NCBI GenBank assembly: GCA_965277805.1
Contig: OZ255842.1
Coordinates: 4,096,001-4,160,000 of the forward strand
Direction of reading: 5' to 3'
From: Candidatus Lustribacter sp.
Lineage (GTDB): Bacteria > Vulcanimicrobiota > Vulcanimicrobiia > Vulcanimicrobiales > Vulcanimicrobiaceae
Length of the DNA: 64,000 bases
Made by a program: the position numbers and the translations under genes
Part shown: in pieces, positions 9,601 to 19,798 of the stretch
Layout of the letters: every line of letters begins with the position of its first letter
Numbering within the stretch: the stretch's first letter is position 1
The notes under the pieces: model-generated
Told to the model about the DNA's origin: nothing
Seen by the model: the letters and a program-made list of their open reading frames with translations, nothing else
Database searches by the model: none

Positions 9601-10812
9601 TTAACCGTGGCTTCGAACGTGAGCGCTATTGGGGTCGGAGTGATCGTGGTCGAGGTAGTGCTGGCGTAGCAAGTCGCGTCCGTAGTCATTACCGTTCGGC
9701 GTGCGCACGATCGTGTGCACGTGCGCCCGGGTCGGCTCCGGGTTGTCGAACGCAATCCCCGGCAAGTGATCGAACTCGATGAAGATCACCGGGCTGTGGA
9801 CGCGATAGTAAAACGGGCTGACGTCATCGCACGCGCCCATCCAGGCGAAGTAGGTCTCATCGAGGTGAGCCCGGACTTCGTCCATCCGAACGGCGTCGTG
9901 GCCGGGCCGCATCCGGCCGACATACACTTCGATGACCGCCAGCAGCAAGTCGCGCTGCGCCGCGGTCAGCGCATCCCAGCGAATGCCCGCATACGGCAAG
10001 ACGAGATTGTCGATTTGCGCGATCGTGAAGATCTCGCGCGGCACCGCAGGTCCGATGCGCGCAACGTCCTGCTGCTCTTTGGTGAACGCCTTCATCAGAT
10101 TGAGCCCCGCATCCCGTTCCGCGTCGAACACCCGCGTGCCGGCATACTTACCCGACTTGGCGACGACCGGTTCGGAACCGCTGAAGTACGGCGTGAGCAC
10201 GAGCTGATCGCCCTGGATGAACGCGTTGATGATGAGATGGTGCCCGTCGAGTTGCCAGCCCCAGGGCTCCGTCTCCGACGGCTCGCCGAAGATACTCATG
10301 TAGTAGTACCACTCGTTGAACTCTTCGGTACGTCCGGAAATCTCCGCAACGTGTTCGTTGAGCTTCATCACGTTGCGCGCGTTTTCGAATCCGGCTGCGC
10401 TCAGCGTCGTGCGGAGGATGTCGAGCGCGGCGTTTCTCTGCGTATCGCTCAACTCGTAGAGACACGCGCCATGGCGATAAAAGCAGACGTGCATGTTGTG
10501 CCACTTGCGCCAGGCATCGCTGTCGAGATCGAACGCCGCAGCTTCCCGCTGCTCCGCGCTCAACATCTCCCGGAAGCGCCGCGCTGCATCGGCAACCGGC
10601 TGCAGCGAGAGCCCGGTCTTCTCCACCGGAAAGAGTCCGGGCACCACGTTCCCGTCGGTCGTCAGTCCGGTAAACTCTTCGCCCAGCAGGCGTTCCGAGC
10701 GCTCGAGCGAGGTCGTGAAGATCGTGTGCAGCGGCTCGGGAAATGCATCGAGCGGCGTCCATTCTCGCGCCGACCCCGATTGGACTTTGATGATGTGCGC
10801 TTCGTCGTGCAT
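9601..10812 (-). CDS. DUF3500 family protein
   Basis: FGEP, PWGWQLDGHHL, YYRVHSP, IEFDH, HVHTIVRTPNGNDYG. Confidence 0.8.
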   Translation of the reverse strand: MHDEAHIIKVQSGSAREWTPLDAFPEPLHTIFTTSLERSERLLGEEFTGLTTDGNVVPGLFPVEKTGLSLQPVADAARRFREMLSAEQREAAAFDLDSDAWRKWHNMHVCFYRHGACLYELSDTQRNAALDILRTTLSAAGFENARNVMKLNEHVAEISGRTEEFNEWYYYMSIFGEPSETEPWGWQLDGHHLIINAFIQGDQLVLTPYFSGSEPVVAKSGKYAGTRVFDAERDAGLNLMKAFTKEQQDVARIGPAVPREIFTIAQIDNLVLPYAGIRWDALTAAQRDLLLAVIEVYVGRMRPGHDAVRMDEVRAHLDETYFAWMGACDDVSPFYYRVHSPVIFIEFDHLPGIAFDNPEPTRAHVHTIVRTPNGNDYGRDLLRQHYLDHDHSDPNSAHVRSHG

Positions 10813-10844
10813 GAGGAACTCTTATTCAGTGCCTCTCGGGGTCC

Positions 10845-12446
10845 TTGACCGCCGACAGGAAACCGCTCGCCGAAACCGGATTGGCGACCAACATGTTCTC
10901 CGGAATCGGCCGGACGCGAGTTCTTATCGCGCTCGTCATCGTCTTGCTGGCGGGCTTACCGCTGGCCGTATGGTTCGATCTGCGGACGGTCACGCAAATG
11001 GCGCTCACGCAGCAGGTGACGGACCTCAATGCCGTGCTCGGCGGCGTACGCGACTTCTACAGCACGGATGTCGTTGGCCGCGTGCTCGCCGCACATGGAA
11101 CGACGCTGGTGACGAACGATTTCGAGGATCATCCCGGCGCGATTCCGATTCCGGCAACGTTCTCGCTCGATCTCGGCGAAGTCGTCAGCCACGATCAAAA
11201 CGATATCGCCTATCGTTTCGTCTCCGACTACCCGTTCAAGAACCGGGCACCGCATCCGCTCGACGAGTTCGAACGCTCGGCACTCGCCACGCTGCGCGCG
11301 ACCCGCGATCCGAAGCAGAAGCTTTACGCCACCGAGTGGCACGGCTTCACGACGCGGGTCCGCGTCATCGCGCCGATCATCATGGGGCAGACGTGCGTCG
11401 CCTGCCACAACACCCATCCGGATAGTCCGAAACGCGACTGGAAGATCGGCGACGTGCGCGGGATCCAGGAATTGAGCGTCGAGGAACCCATCGCGACGAA
11501 CCTCTTCTCGTTCAAGTATCTCTTATTGTACTTCGCGTTTGCTGGAATGCTCGGCTTCACCATCGTGGCGAACGAACGCCGTCAGAGCGACCTGGTTGCC
11601 GCCATCAATGCGCGGCTGGGCGAGGCCAACGATTTTCTTGCCGGCATCTCAGCCAAACTCGCACGTTATCTCGCCCCGCAGATCTACGCGTCGATCTTCA
11701 GCGGCAAGCGCGATGTAACGATCGCGACCGAGCGCAAGAAGCTCACCATTTTCTTCTCGGATATCAAAGATTTCACGGCCACGACCGATCGGCTGCAGCC
11801 CGAGGAACTGGCCGCGCTGCTCAACGAGTACCTCACCGAAATGTCGGCGATCGCCCTGAAGTGGGGCGGCACGATCGATAAGTTCATCGGCGATGCGATG
11901 GTCGTGTTCTTCGGCGACCCGGAGACGAAGGGCGTGGCCGAAGATGCGGCCGCCGCCGTGCGCATGGCGGTCGAGATGCAATCGCGCCTGGCCGAACTCA
12001 ACGTGTTGTGGCGTTCGCACGGCATCGAGATCCCGTTCCGCGCGCGCATGGGGATCAACACCGGCTTCGTGAACGTCGGAAATTTCGGCAGCATCGACCG
12101 CATGGACTACACGATCATCGGCGGCGAAGCCAACCTCGCCGCGCGGCTCGAAACGAGCGCCGAGCCCGGCGGGATCGTGATGAGCTACGAGACCTACGCC
12201 CTCGTGCGCGACGTCGTCGCCGCCCAAGAGCAACCGCCGATTCGGGTCAAGGGCATCAACCGCGACGTCATTCCCTACGTCGTCGAGGGACTGCTCGGCG
12301 CCTCGGGCGAGGTCGTGCGCATCGTGAAGCTGCACGAGCGCGGCCTCGATCTCTACTTCGACCCCTCACAAGTCAGCGGCGAAGATGCGGCCCGCATCCG
12401 CAAGGCGCTACAAGACGCGCTCGACGCGCTTGGACAGACGCCTTAG
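10845..12446 (+). CDS. Membrane adenylate/guanylate cyclase with an extracytoplasmic DUF3365/Tll0287-like heme-c domain
   Basis: Two TM segments flank a domain carrying CVACH; class III cyclase motifs FFSDIKDFT, DKFIGDA, RMGINTG, YTIIGGEANLAARLE. Confidence 0.88.
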   Translation: MTADRKPLAETGLATNMFSGIGRTRVLIALVIVLLAGLPLAVWFDLRTVTQMALTQQVTDLNAVLGGVRDFYSTDVVGRVLAAHGTTLVTNDFEDHPGAIPIPATFSLDLGEVVSHDQNDIAYRFVSDYPFKNRAPHPLDEFERSALATLRATRDPKQKLYATEWHGFTTRVRVIAPIIMGQTCVACHNTHPDSPKRDWKIGDVRGIQELSVEEPIATNLFSFKYLLLYFAFAGMLGFTIVANERRQSDLVAAINARLGEANDFLAGISAKLARYLAPQIYASIFSGKRDVTIATERKKLTIFFSDIKDFTATTDRLQPEELAALLNEYLTEMSAIALKWGGTIDKFIGDAMVVFFGDPETKGVAEDAAAAVRMAVEMQSRLAELNVLWRSHGIEIPFRARMGINTGFVNVGNFGSIDRMDYTIIGGEANLAARLETSAEPGGIVMSYETYALVRDVVAAQEQPPIRVKGINRDVIPYVVEGLLGASGEVVRIVKLHERGLDLYFDPSQVSGEDAARIRKALQDALDALGQTP

Positions 12447-12456
12447 CGAGGTTCGC

Positions 12457-13482
12457 CTAAGCCGGAACGGGCGTAAGCTCCGCAAGGTCGGGCAAAACCT
12501 CGCTCGTGAGCAGTTCGAGCGAATTCATCGATTGCTCGAACGTCAGGTTGCCGAACGCGACGCGCGCGGCGAGGTAGTTGATGCCCGACTCCTCGATGAA
12601 CTTCGCGAGCGCGTCGCGTACGGTTCGCGGGCTGCCGGCGAAAACGAGGCCGCCGGCAAGTGCCGTATCGAAGTCCGCCACCCACGCCTGCGGAATGTTG
12701 CGCTGCTTCCAGAGCAAACCGGTGTGCTCGGTGTACATCTCGTACGCGGGGCGTGCCAGCGCAAGCGCTTCGGCATCGGTCTCGGCGATGACGATGTGCT
12801 TGTTGCTGCCGAAGAACGGAAACTCGCGCGGGTCGTTCCCCGCCTTCGCCCATTCGAGCTGATAGCGATCGCGAATGGCCCGCGCACCGGCGGCCTTGAG
12901 GCCGGTCAGCAGATTCACGCGGTGCTTCGCGGCCCACACGGTCGTGTCGGGCGAGCTGATGCCGTACCAGAACGGCGGATGCGGTTCTTGCACCGGGCGC
13001 ATCACGATCGGCACCTTGTCGAAGCGGTAGTGATCGCCCTGAAAATTCAATGGGCCGCCTTCGAACGCACGCATGAGAACGTCGAACGACTCGGCGTAGA
13101 TCGCGTTTGCCGTATCGAGGTCGGGAATACCGAGAAAGCTCAGCTCGATCGGGGAGGCGCCGCGGCCGATGCCCAATTCCAATCGTCCGCCGCTCAGGTG
13201 ATCGAGCATGCAGATCTCTTCGTAGAGCCGGTACGGATGATAACCGGAGAGACAAAAGACCATCGGCCCGAAGCGCAGGGTCGTCGTCCGTTGCGCGATC
13301 GATGCCAAGAAGATCGCCGGCGACGGCGCGAGGCCGATCGGCGTGCCGTGATGCTCCGCAAGGTGGAACGCGTGGAACCAGCCGCTCTTCTCGTAGGCTT
13401 CGATCAGGCGCAAGCGCTCCTCGTACTGGTCGCCCAGCGCGAGGAGGCCCTGGTCCATGTGATCGAACGCGCCGAACTTCAT
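12457..13482 (-). CDS. Luciferase-like (LLM class) monooxygenase
   Basis: MKFGAFDH, AEHH, LDHLSGGRLELGIGRG; ATGA overlap with the upstream SBP. Confidence 0.9.
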   Translation of the reverse strand: MKFGAFDHMDQGLLALGDQYEERLRLIEAYEKSGWFHAFHLAEHHGTPIGLAPSPAIFLASIAQRTTTLRFGPMVFCLSGYHPYRLYEEICMLDHLSGGRLELGIGRGASPIELSFLGIPDLDTANAIYAESFDVLMRAFEGGPLNFQGDHYRFDKVPIVMRPVQEPHPPFWYGISSPDTTVWAAKHRVNLLTGLKAAGARAIRDRYQLEWAKAGNDPREFPFFGSNKHIVIAETDAEALALARPAYEMYTEHTGLLWKQRNIPQAWVADFDTALAGGLVFAGSPRTVRDALAKFIEESGINYLAARVAFGNLTFEQSMNSLELLTSEVLPDLAELTPVPA

Positions 13483-14414
13483 CGCGGGGCGTACATGAAG
13501 TCTTGCGCCGGGAACGAGCTCGCGATGGCGCCATATTTCGCCGAGAGATCGATCACCGGCTGAATCTGCGCCACTTCCGGACGCGTTCCGTACGTGATCC
13601 GGTGGATCGTTTTGAATATCGCCGGATCGAGGTTCGAATACTTGGCCAGAATGGCGGCGCTCGCGTCGTGATTTGCGTTCGCCCACGTGGCCGTCTTCGT
13701 CATCACCGCGCGAAACGAATCGACGACGGTTCGATTCGCCTCAGCCCACGGCCGCGTCGTGAACCACGCGCCGAGCATCCAGCGCGGCGCGACGGCATCG
13801 AAGCACGTCGCAAACGTGCGCGCATACGCGGACGCCGTCGTGACGAACGGCTCGGCGAGCCAGCCGGCATCGATACGCCCCTGCTGCAAGGCGGCCGGGA
13901 TCGCGGGCATGGGAATCTCGATGAACTTGACCGTGCTCGACTTCCCCCCGTTCTGATCAATCCAGAGTTCGGGCGCGAGCACGCCGACGTCGGCCAAGCC
14001 CGTGGTGCCGATCGTCTTGCCGGTCAAATCGCTCGCGGTGTGGAGCGGAGAGTCTTTCATCACCATGAGCTGCGTGGCAAGCGATCCGGTCGTACTGACC
14101 CCGCCCGCGCCGATGATCAGCACCGGCAGTCCCCGCTTGTACGCGGCGGCGAGGGAAATGATGTTCGACCAGCCGATGTCGATCGCGTTCGCAACGACCG
14201 AGGCGGTGATGGCGCCGCCGTTCGAAACGCTCTGAATCGTGACGTCTAAGCCCGCGTCTTTGAAACACCCGAGGTCGTTGGCGTAGTACGCCAGCGCCGT
14301 TCCGTCGATCGGCAGGGTTGCAATCCGTACGGCCGTTGCCGCGCCCGCTGCAAGGGGCACCGATGCTGCGGCGACTCCGGCGCCGATGAGGCCGAGGGCG
14401 TGCTGTCGATTCAT
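13479..14414 (-). CDS. ABC substrate-binding protein (SsuA/NMT1 type)
   Basis: Export signal, FKDAGLDV, DLTGKTIG, ALQQGRIDA, EPF. Confidence 0.85.
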   Translation of the reverse strand: MNRQHALGLIGAGVAAASVPLAAGAATAVRIATLPIDGTALAYYANDLGCFKDAGLDVTIQSVSNGGAITASVVANAIDIGWSNIISLAAAYKRGLPVLIIGAGGVSTTGSLATQLMVMKDSPLHTASDLTGKTIGTTGLADVGVLAPELWIDQNGGKSSTVKFIEIPMPAIPAALQQGRIDAGWLAEPFVTTASAYARTFATCFDAVAPRWMLGAWFTTRPWAEANRTVVDSFRAVMTKTATWANANHDASAAILAKYSNLDPAIFKTIHRITYGTRPEVAQIQPVIDLSAKYGAIASSFPAQDFMYAPR

Positions 14415-14440
14415 CGCAGAGTTCCAGCTTTCATGAAGCG

Positions 14441-15439
14441 TTAGGTCGCCAGAAGTTCGGGCACGAAGATATCCTCACACGTCAGCCGGCGCTTGGATAA
14501 GCCTTGCTCGAAATGATAGCGTAAGAACGTATCGACGGCTTTGCGATTGGCTTCGACTCCATAGGGCCACCAGTCGTCGCCCATCAGGCGCCGGTTTTCC
14601 GCCATCAGCTGGCTAAACCAGGGAATCATCGTCGGTGCCTGATGGAACATCGTCGCGCCGAGATATTGCTTTACCGCAACGTCTTTGGCGTCGCAGAAGC
14701 CCTTATAGATGGCTTGGGCCAAACCGGGGTGTTTGGCGTGGACGTCTTTGCGGATCACCACCGTATGCATGATCGGAAAGATCGCCGTGCGGGTGAAGTA
14801 CTCGCGCTCGACGCTCTCGTAGCCGTCGAACAGGCGGCCGACCTTCGGTGAATTCTTCAGCACGCACTGCGGGACGATGGCCGAAAACAGCGCATCGAGT
14901 TCGCCCGATTCGAGCATCGGGCCGAGCGCCTTTCCTTCGGGCGCGTCCGTGACGTCGACGTTCGCGGGATGCGGCTGCGGGATGAAGCTGTGCGGCTTCT
15001 GCGGCTGTTCGATTCCGCCGATGACCCAGCGATACTGGTCGGGCGTGACGCCGTAATCTTCACCGATGATGCCCTTGGCCCAAACGCCGGCGTCGTGGCC
15101 GTAAGTCGACAATTCACCGACGGTCTTCCCGGCGAGATCTTGCGGCGAATTGATCCCGCTGGATTTGTTGATGAAGACCGACGAGTGACGAAAGAAGCGA
15201 TTCGGAAAGACCGGAATCGCAATGAACGGCGGGTCGTCGAAATCGAGCGTCCGCAGATAGAACGTCAGCCCCAATTCGGAGACGTCGAACTCCCGCTGCC
15301 TGATCATACGTTCGAAGATATCCGAGACGATCACGTCGCTGCGGTAGTTGAGGTCGACGCCCTCAATGCGCACGCTACCGTCGGTCAGCGCGCGCGTGCG
15401 GTCGTAGTTCCAATACGCGAAGTTGAGCTTGAGCGGCAC
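14441..15439 (-). CDS. 4,5-dihydroxyphthalate decarboxylase-like protein (second paralog)
   Basis: YDRT, FDVSELG, PVFPNRFFRHS, IFPIMH, WPYGVEANR. Confidence 0.82.
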   Translation of the reverse strand: MPLKLNFAYWNYDRTRALTDGSVRIEGVDLNYRSDVIVSDIFERMIRQREFDVSELGLTFYLRTLDFDDPPFIAIPVFPNRFFRHSSVFINKSSGINSPQDLAGKTVGELSTYGHDAGVWAKGIIGEDYGVTPDQYRWVIGGIEQPQKPHSFIPQPHPANVDVTDAPEGKALGPMLESGELDALFSAIVPQCVLKNSPKVGRLFDGYESVEREYFTRTAIFPIMHTVVIRKDVHAKHPGLAQAIYKGFCDAKDVAVKQYLGATMFHQAPTMIPWFSQLMAENRRLMGDDWWPYGVEANRKAVDTFLRYHFEQGLSKRRLTCEDIFVPELLAT

Positions 15440-16618
15440 TCAGTTCGCCGAGCCGCCGGCGTGCTGCGTCGGAAGTTCGACGCTCTCTTTGAGCTGATGC
15501 CACGCCTTGGTTGGTTGACCCGAGGCGAGCGCGTCCATCTCGCGGTACAACAGACGGCGCAAGAGCGCAATCCCGGCATCGGAGCGTCCGAGAATCTCGT
15601 GTTCGCGATCGACGAGCGGACCCTGTCCCACTTGCGCCACGTAGTCTTGCGCGTTCGTCAGGTCGGAATACTTATCGGGCGGGTACGCATGGTCGTTGAA
15701 GAGCTTGTCGTGATCGTTGACCGGATCGTAGTTCTGGTGCTGCGCCCAATCAGCTTCCAAGGCGGCCACCTGATCGGGCGGCAAGTCGGGGATGGTGTAC
15801 ATGTGCATGCGCTGCGTGTGCGTGTTGTCGATCGGAACGTTCCAGATCCCCACGTGCATCCAGCCGCCGTCCTTGATCGGACCGGGAATGATGATGTGGT
15901 TGTTGTTGGGGAACGTCCAGTCGCTGACGCGCACGTTGCCCGGACCGCGGGTTGCGATTTGCCGGATGCCGGCGTCGGTCTCGAAATATTCGAGTTCCGG
16001 AATCGTCTGCGAAACGTGCTGGATGAATCGTCCCTGTTCGCGACCGATCGCGTGCACGAAACTCACGTGGACGGCATCCATCGAGTTCTCGACGAACTGC
16101 AGCCAGTTGCTCGGCCATGCCTGACGGCGCGTGACGTGAAAGCCGTTGCTTTCCCACGCCGGCTTACGCGGCAGCTCGAACGCCGGCGGCTCACCCTCGC
16201 CCATATATGCAAAGATCAGGCCGCCGTACTCGTGCAGCGGATAGCCGGCAATCTTGATGTTCGGCGGAACGGTATCGCGCTCGGCCGGACGCAGCGTGCA
16301 CTGCCCGGTGCCGTCGTACGTCCAGCCGTGATAGATGCAGCGGATTTCGTCGCCGTCGACCCACCCGGTATGCAAGAGCGTGAGCCGGTGCGCGCAACGG
16401 CCGCCGACGAGATGCGGAACGCCGGCCGGCGAGCGGTAGAGCGTCAGATCTTCACCGAACACCCGCACCGCCGTGGCTTCGCCCGCGAGGACCGATTTGG
16501 AATCCGCAACGGGTTGCCAGAAACTGCGCAGCAGCTTGCCCATCGGGGCATCGCCTTCGATCAGCGCAAGTTCGCGTAACCGCTCGCCGCGGGAATGAAG
16601 CCGCTCTTCAACGCTCAT
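15440..16618 (-). CDS. Rieske non-heme iron oxygenase (phthalate 4,5-dioxygenase-like)
   Basis: Rieske CAHR...CIYHG; mononuclear iron ENSMDAVHVSFVH; QD..AQVGQG. Confidence 0.88.
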   Translation of the reverse strand: MSVEERLHSRGERLRELALIEGDAPMGKLLRSFWQPVADSKSVLAGEATAVRVFGEDLTLYRSPAGVPHLVGGRCAHRLTLLHTGWVDGDEIRCIYHGWTYDGTGQCTLRPAERDTVPPNIKIAGYPLHEYGGLIFAYMGEGEPPAFELPRKPAWESNGFHVTRRQAWPSNWLQFVENSMDAVHVSFVHAIGREQGRFIQHVSQTIPELEYFETDAGIRQIATRGPGNVRVSDWTFPNNNHIIIPGPIKDGGWMHVGIWNVPIDNTHTQRMHMYTIPDLPPDQVAALEADWAQHQNYDPVNDHDKLFNDHAYPPDKYSDLTNAQDYVAQVGQGPLVDREHEILGRSDAGIALLRRLLYREMDALASGQPTKAWHQLKESVELPTQHAGGSAN

Positions 16619-16632
16619 GGCCCGAGCATACC

Positions 16633-17175
16633 CTATTGCTTGGATTCAAGCAATATCGAGTCGCCGAGCGAATTGCCGGCGCGAACGATGAGGTCGAGGA
16701 GCGTCTGTTTCTCCGCGTCGGAGAGCGCGCCCATCGCCGCGACTGCCCGATCGTGATGCGTCTGAGCGGCCTTCGCGAAAAGGCGCTCGCCTTTGCGAGT
16801 CAGCTTGAGAACGAGACTGCGCCGGTCACTCGGGTGCGGCACCCGCTCGATAAGCCCGCTTTGTTCGAGCGTATCGGTCATCGCCGTCACGGTTCCGCTC
16901 GTGGTGTGCATCGATTTGCCGACGTCGCGCGACGAGATCCCGGTCTTCCTGCCCTGCAGAAAGATCACCGCCATGAAATTGTATTGTGCCGGCGTGAGGC
17001 CGTGCTGTGCGAGCCAACCGGTGCTCGCCTCGTTCATCCGCGCCGACAACATGCGCGTCGCCCGGAAAATCTGAACCGCGCTGAGGTAGTCGGTGCTGCC
17101 GAAGAACCGATCCAGCTCCGCAATCGCGGGCGGCGCAATCAGGACCCCAAGTCGATCGTCGGGCACCGTATTCAT
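16633..17175 (-). CDS. MarR family transcriptional regulator
   Basis: GLTPAQY, LEQSGLIER, DRRS, LTRKG; ATG at 17175 is the more plausible start. Confidence 0.88.
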   Translation of the reverse strand: MNTVPDDRLGVLIAPPAIAELDRFFGSTDYLSAVQIFRATRMLSARMNEASTGWLAQHGLTPAQYNFMAVIFLQGRKTGISSRDVGKSMHTTSGTVTAMTDTLEQSGLIERVPHPSDRRSLVLKLTRKGERLFAKAAQTHHDRAVAAMGALSDAEKQTLLDLIVRAGNSLGDSILLESKQ

Positions 17176-17258
17176 GCCGCGGTACTTTGTGCCCGTGGGC
17201 GCAGGCCCATCTAACCGGAAGTGGCAAGAACGTCGCTTCAGCTTGACCGGAGGACCGT

Positions 17259-18023
17259 ATGGCGGTAACGGATCGGGAAGTTGCAATCGGCGCGGCGTCC
17301 GAGACCGAGTTGACGGCACGTCGCGATCTCGCGGCGGCGCATCGGCTGGCGGCCGTGTATGGCTGGACGAACCTCATCTACAATCACATCGTGCTCCGAG
17401 TGCCCGATGAACCCGATCATTTTCTCATCAAGCGCGAAGAGCTGCTGTTCGAGGAAATCACCGCCTCGAATCTCGTGAAGCTCGATATGAACGGTAAGCG
17501 CTCCGGCGACCCCTCTGCCAAGGTGAGTCCCGGCTTCACGATTCACGCGGCCGTCTTGCAAGCGCGCCCGGACATCAACTGCGTCATCCACGTGCATACC
17601 GAAGCCGGCATGGCGATGTCGGCGCACAAGGGCGGCCTGTTGCCGATCACCCAGGATGCGATGCATTTCTACAACCGCATCGGCTACACGGCGTACGATG
17701 GGTTCTCGACGCCGGAAAACCAGCGCGCCGCTCTCGCGCGCGACCTCGGCAAGAACTGGGCGCTCGTCTTGCGCAATCACGGGCTGATCACATGCGCCGA
17801 GAACGTTCCGGTCGCGCTGCTGCTGATGCGCTATCTCATCAGCTCGTGCCAAACGCAACTGATGCTCGAATCGAGCGGAGCCGAGATGCTGATCCCCTCA
17901 CCCGCAGCGTGCGAGGACGTCGCTTCACGCTGGGAGCGCATTTATCAAACGACCAAAGCTGCCGACGAGTGGGCGGCCATGCTGCGTTCCCTCGAACCCG
18001 CGCACGCGGACTATCGCAACTAA
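17259..18023 (+). CDS. Class II aldolase/adducin family protein
   Basis: NHIVLR, EITASNLVK, GFTIHAA, HVHT, LRNHG. Confidence 0.9.
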   Translation: MAVTDREVAIGAASETELTARRDLAAAHRLAAVYGWTNLIYNHIVLRVPDEPDHFLIKREELLFEEITASNLVKLDMNGKRSGDPSAKVSPGFTIHAAVLQARPDINCVIHVHTEAGMAMSAHKGGLLPITQDAMHFYNRIGYTAYDGFSTPENQRAALARDLGKNWALVLRNHGLITCAENVPVALLLMRYLISSCQTQLMLESSGAEMLIPSPAACEDVASRWERIYQTTKAADEWAAMLRSLEPAHADYRN

Positions 18024-18036
18024 ACGGAGGCGTTTC

Positions 18037-19008
18037 ATGAGACTTGTTCCGCTCGCGGTAGCGTTAACGCTGATCGCTACCTTCATTTCGGGTTCGGCCG
18101 CCGGCGCCGCGCAGCTCATTCGCGTGGGTTTCGCGCAGGTAAGCGAAGAGCCGCTGTGGCTCATGTACACACCCGGCGGCGTGAAGCCGAATGAGGGCAA
18201 AGAGTACCAGCTCGAAATGACGACGTTCCGCAGCAGCGCCGACCGCATGAAGGCGTACGAGGCCGGAGCGCTCGACTGCGAGACGGGCAGCCCGCTGAAC
18301 ATGATCTTCGCAGCGTCGAGCGGGCTCATGGACTTCTCCTCAGTTGCAACGATCTCGCAGCAAGATCCCCACGGCGTCGTCACGTCGTATCTCGTGCGCG
18401 ACGACATCAAGAAGCCGTCCGACTTGAAGGGCAAGATCATCGCGGTCAACGCATACAAGTCGCTCACCGATCTGCTGGAGCGAACCGCCTTGATCCGGGC
18501 CGGCCTCAATCCCGACCGCGACGTAAAGTTCGTGCTGATGGGATACCCCGAAGGGCCCGATGCCTTGCGCGCGCATCTCGTCGACATGGTTCAGGTCGAC
18601 GAACCGGCGAAAACGGAAGAGCTGCGCAAGGGCGGCGTGCATCTGCTGTTTTCGTTTCCCGATATCATCGGCGGTACGCAGGATCAGAACACGCTCTTCT
18701 GCCGCAAGGATTTCCTCAAAGCACATGGTCCGGCGGTGCGCGCATTCCTCGCCGACTACATCCTCACGCTGAAGGCGTATCTCAAAGATCGCCGGCGCGC
18801 GTACGACTACTTGGCCAAAGCGCAGCTCACGATCGCAATCCCGCCCGACCAGCCGGTACCGCCCGACTACTCGCGGCCGATCGACGGGAAGGTCAGCGCA
18901 CGGAGTTTCCACCAAATTCAGGATGCGATGCTCAAGGCCGGCTTCATCCCGGCCCCGATCAAAGTGGACGACCTGATCGACAACTCGTACTTGCCGCACG
19001 CGCGTTAG
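18037..19008 (+). CDS. ABC substrate-binding protein (SsuA/NMT1 type)
   Basis: Signal peptide, DLKGKIIAV, AGLNPDRDV; first gene of the ABC operon. Confidence 0.85.
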   Translation: MRLVPLAVALTLIATFISGSAAGAAQLIRVGFAQVSEEPLWLMYTPGGVKPNEGKEYQLEMTTFRSSADRMKAYEAGALDCETGSPLNMIFAASSGLMDFSSVATISQQDPHGVVTSYLVRDDIKKPSDLKGKIIAVNAYKSLTDLLERTALIRAGLNPDRDVKFVLMGYPEGPDALRAHLVDMVQVDEPAKTEELRKGGVHLLFSFPDIIGGTQDQNTLFCRKDFLKAHGPAVRAFLADYILTLKAYLKDRRRAYDYLAKAQLTIAIPPDQPVPPDYSRPIDGKVSARSFHQIQDAMLKAGFIPAPIKVDDLIDNSYLPHAR

Positions 19009-19015
19009 CCGCGGG

Positions 19016-19798
19016 ATGGCGCTCCTCGAGGCAACGGGCCTGGGCAAGGATTACGGGACGGGCCGCAAGGCGATGCGCGTGCTCGACGGCATCGACCTCA
19101 CGATCGACGACGGCGAGTTCGTGGCGATCGTCGGTCCGTCGGGTTGCGGCAAGAGCACGTTCTTGCACATCGCCGGCGGCTTCGTGCACGCGAGCGCGGG
19201 CAGCATCTGCTTTGACGGCGCACCGATCACGACGCCCGGGCCCGACCGCGGCGTGGTGTTCCAGGACTACTCGCTCTATCCGTGGCGCACGGTGATCGGT
19301 AACATCGTGTGGGGACTGGAAGCGCAAGGGGTTCCGCGCGCACAGCGCATGCAGACTGCCGAGCGCTTCATGGAGATGGTGGGGCTTACGGCGTTCCGCA
19401 ACCACTTTCCGAACGAATTGAGCGGCGGGATGAAGCAGCGCGTGGCACTCGCGCGCACGCTCACCTACGATCCGAAGCTGCTGTTGATGGACGAGCCCTT
19501 CGGCGCGCTCGACGTGCAGACGCGCGAGCTGATGCAAGAAGAACTGCAACGCATTTGGGACGCCACCCGCAAAACGGTTTTGTTCGTTACCCACGACATC
19601 GATGAAGCCGTGTATTTGAGCGATCGCGTGCTCGTGTTCACCGCGCGGCCGGGCCGGATCAAAGAAACGATCGCGATCGACTTACCGCGACCGCGCGCGA
19701 TCGAAATCAAGCGGACACCGGAATATGCGGCGTACCGTAACCGCATTTGGGACCTGTTGCGGCAAGAAGTGCTGCAAGCCGCGGAGCAAAACGTGTGA
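19016..19798 (+). CDS. ABC transporter ATP-binding protein (TauB/SsuB-like)
   Basis: GPSGCGKST, LSGGMKQR, LLMDEPF, VTHD. Confidence 0.95.
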   Translation: MALLEATGLGKDYGTGRKAMRVLDGIDLTIDDGEFVAIVGPSGCGKSTFLHIAGGFVHASAGSICFDGAPITTPGPDRGVVFQDYSLYPWRTVIGNIVWGLEAQGVPRAQRMQTAERFMEMVGLTAFRNHFPNELSGGMKQRVALARTLTYDPKLLLMDEPFGALDVQTRELMQEELQRIWDATRKTVLFVTHDIDEAVYLSDRVLVFTARPGRIKETIAIDLPRPRAIEIKRTPEYAAYRNRIWDLLRQEVLQAAEQNV

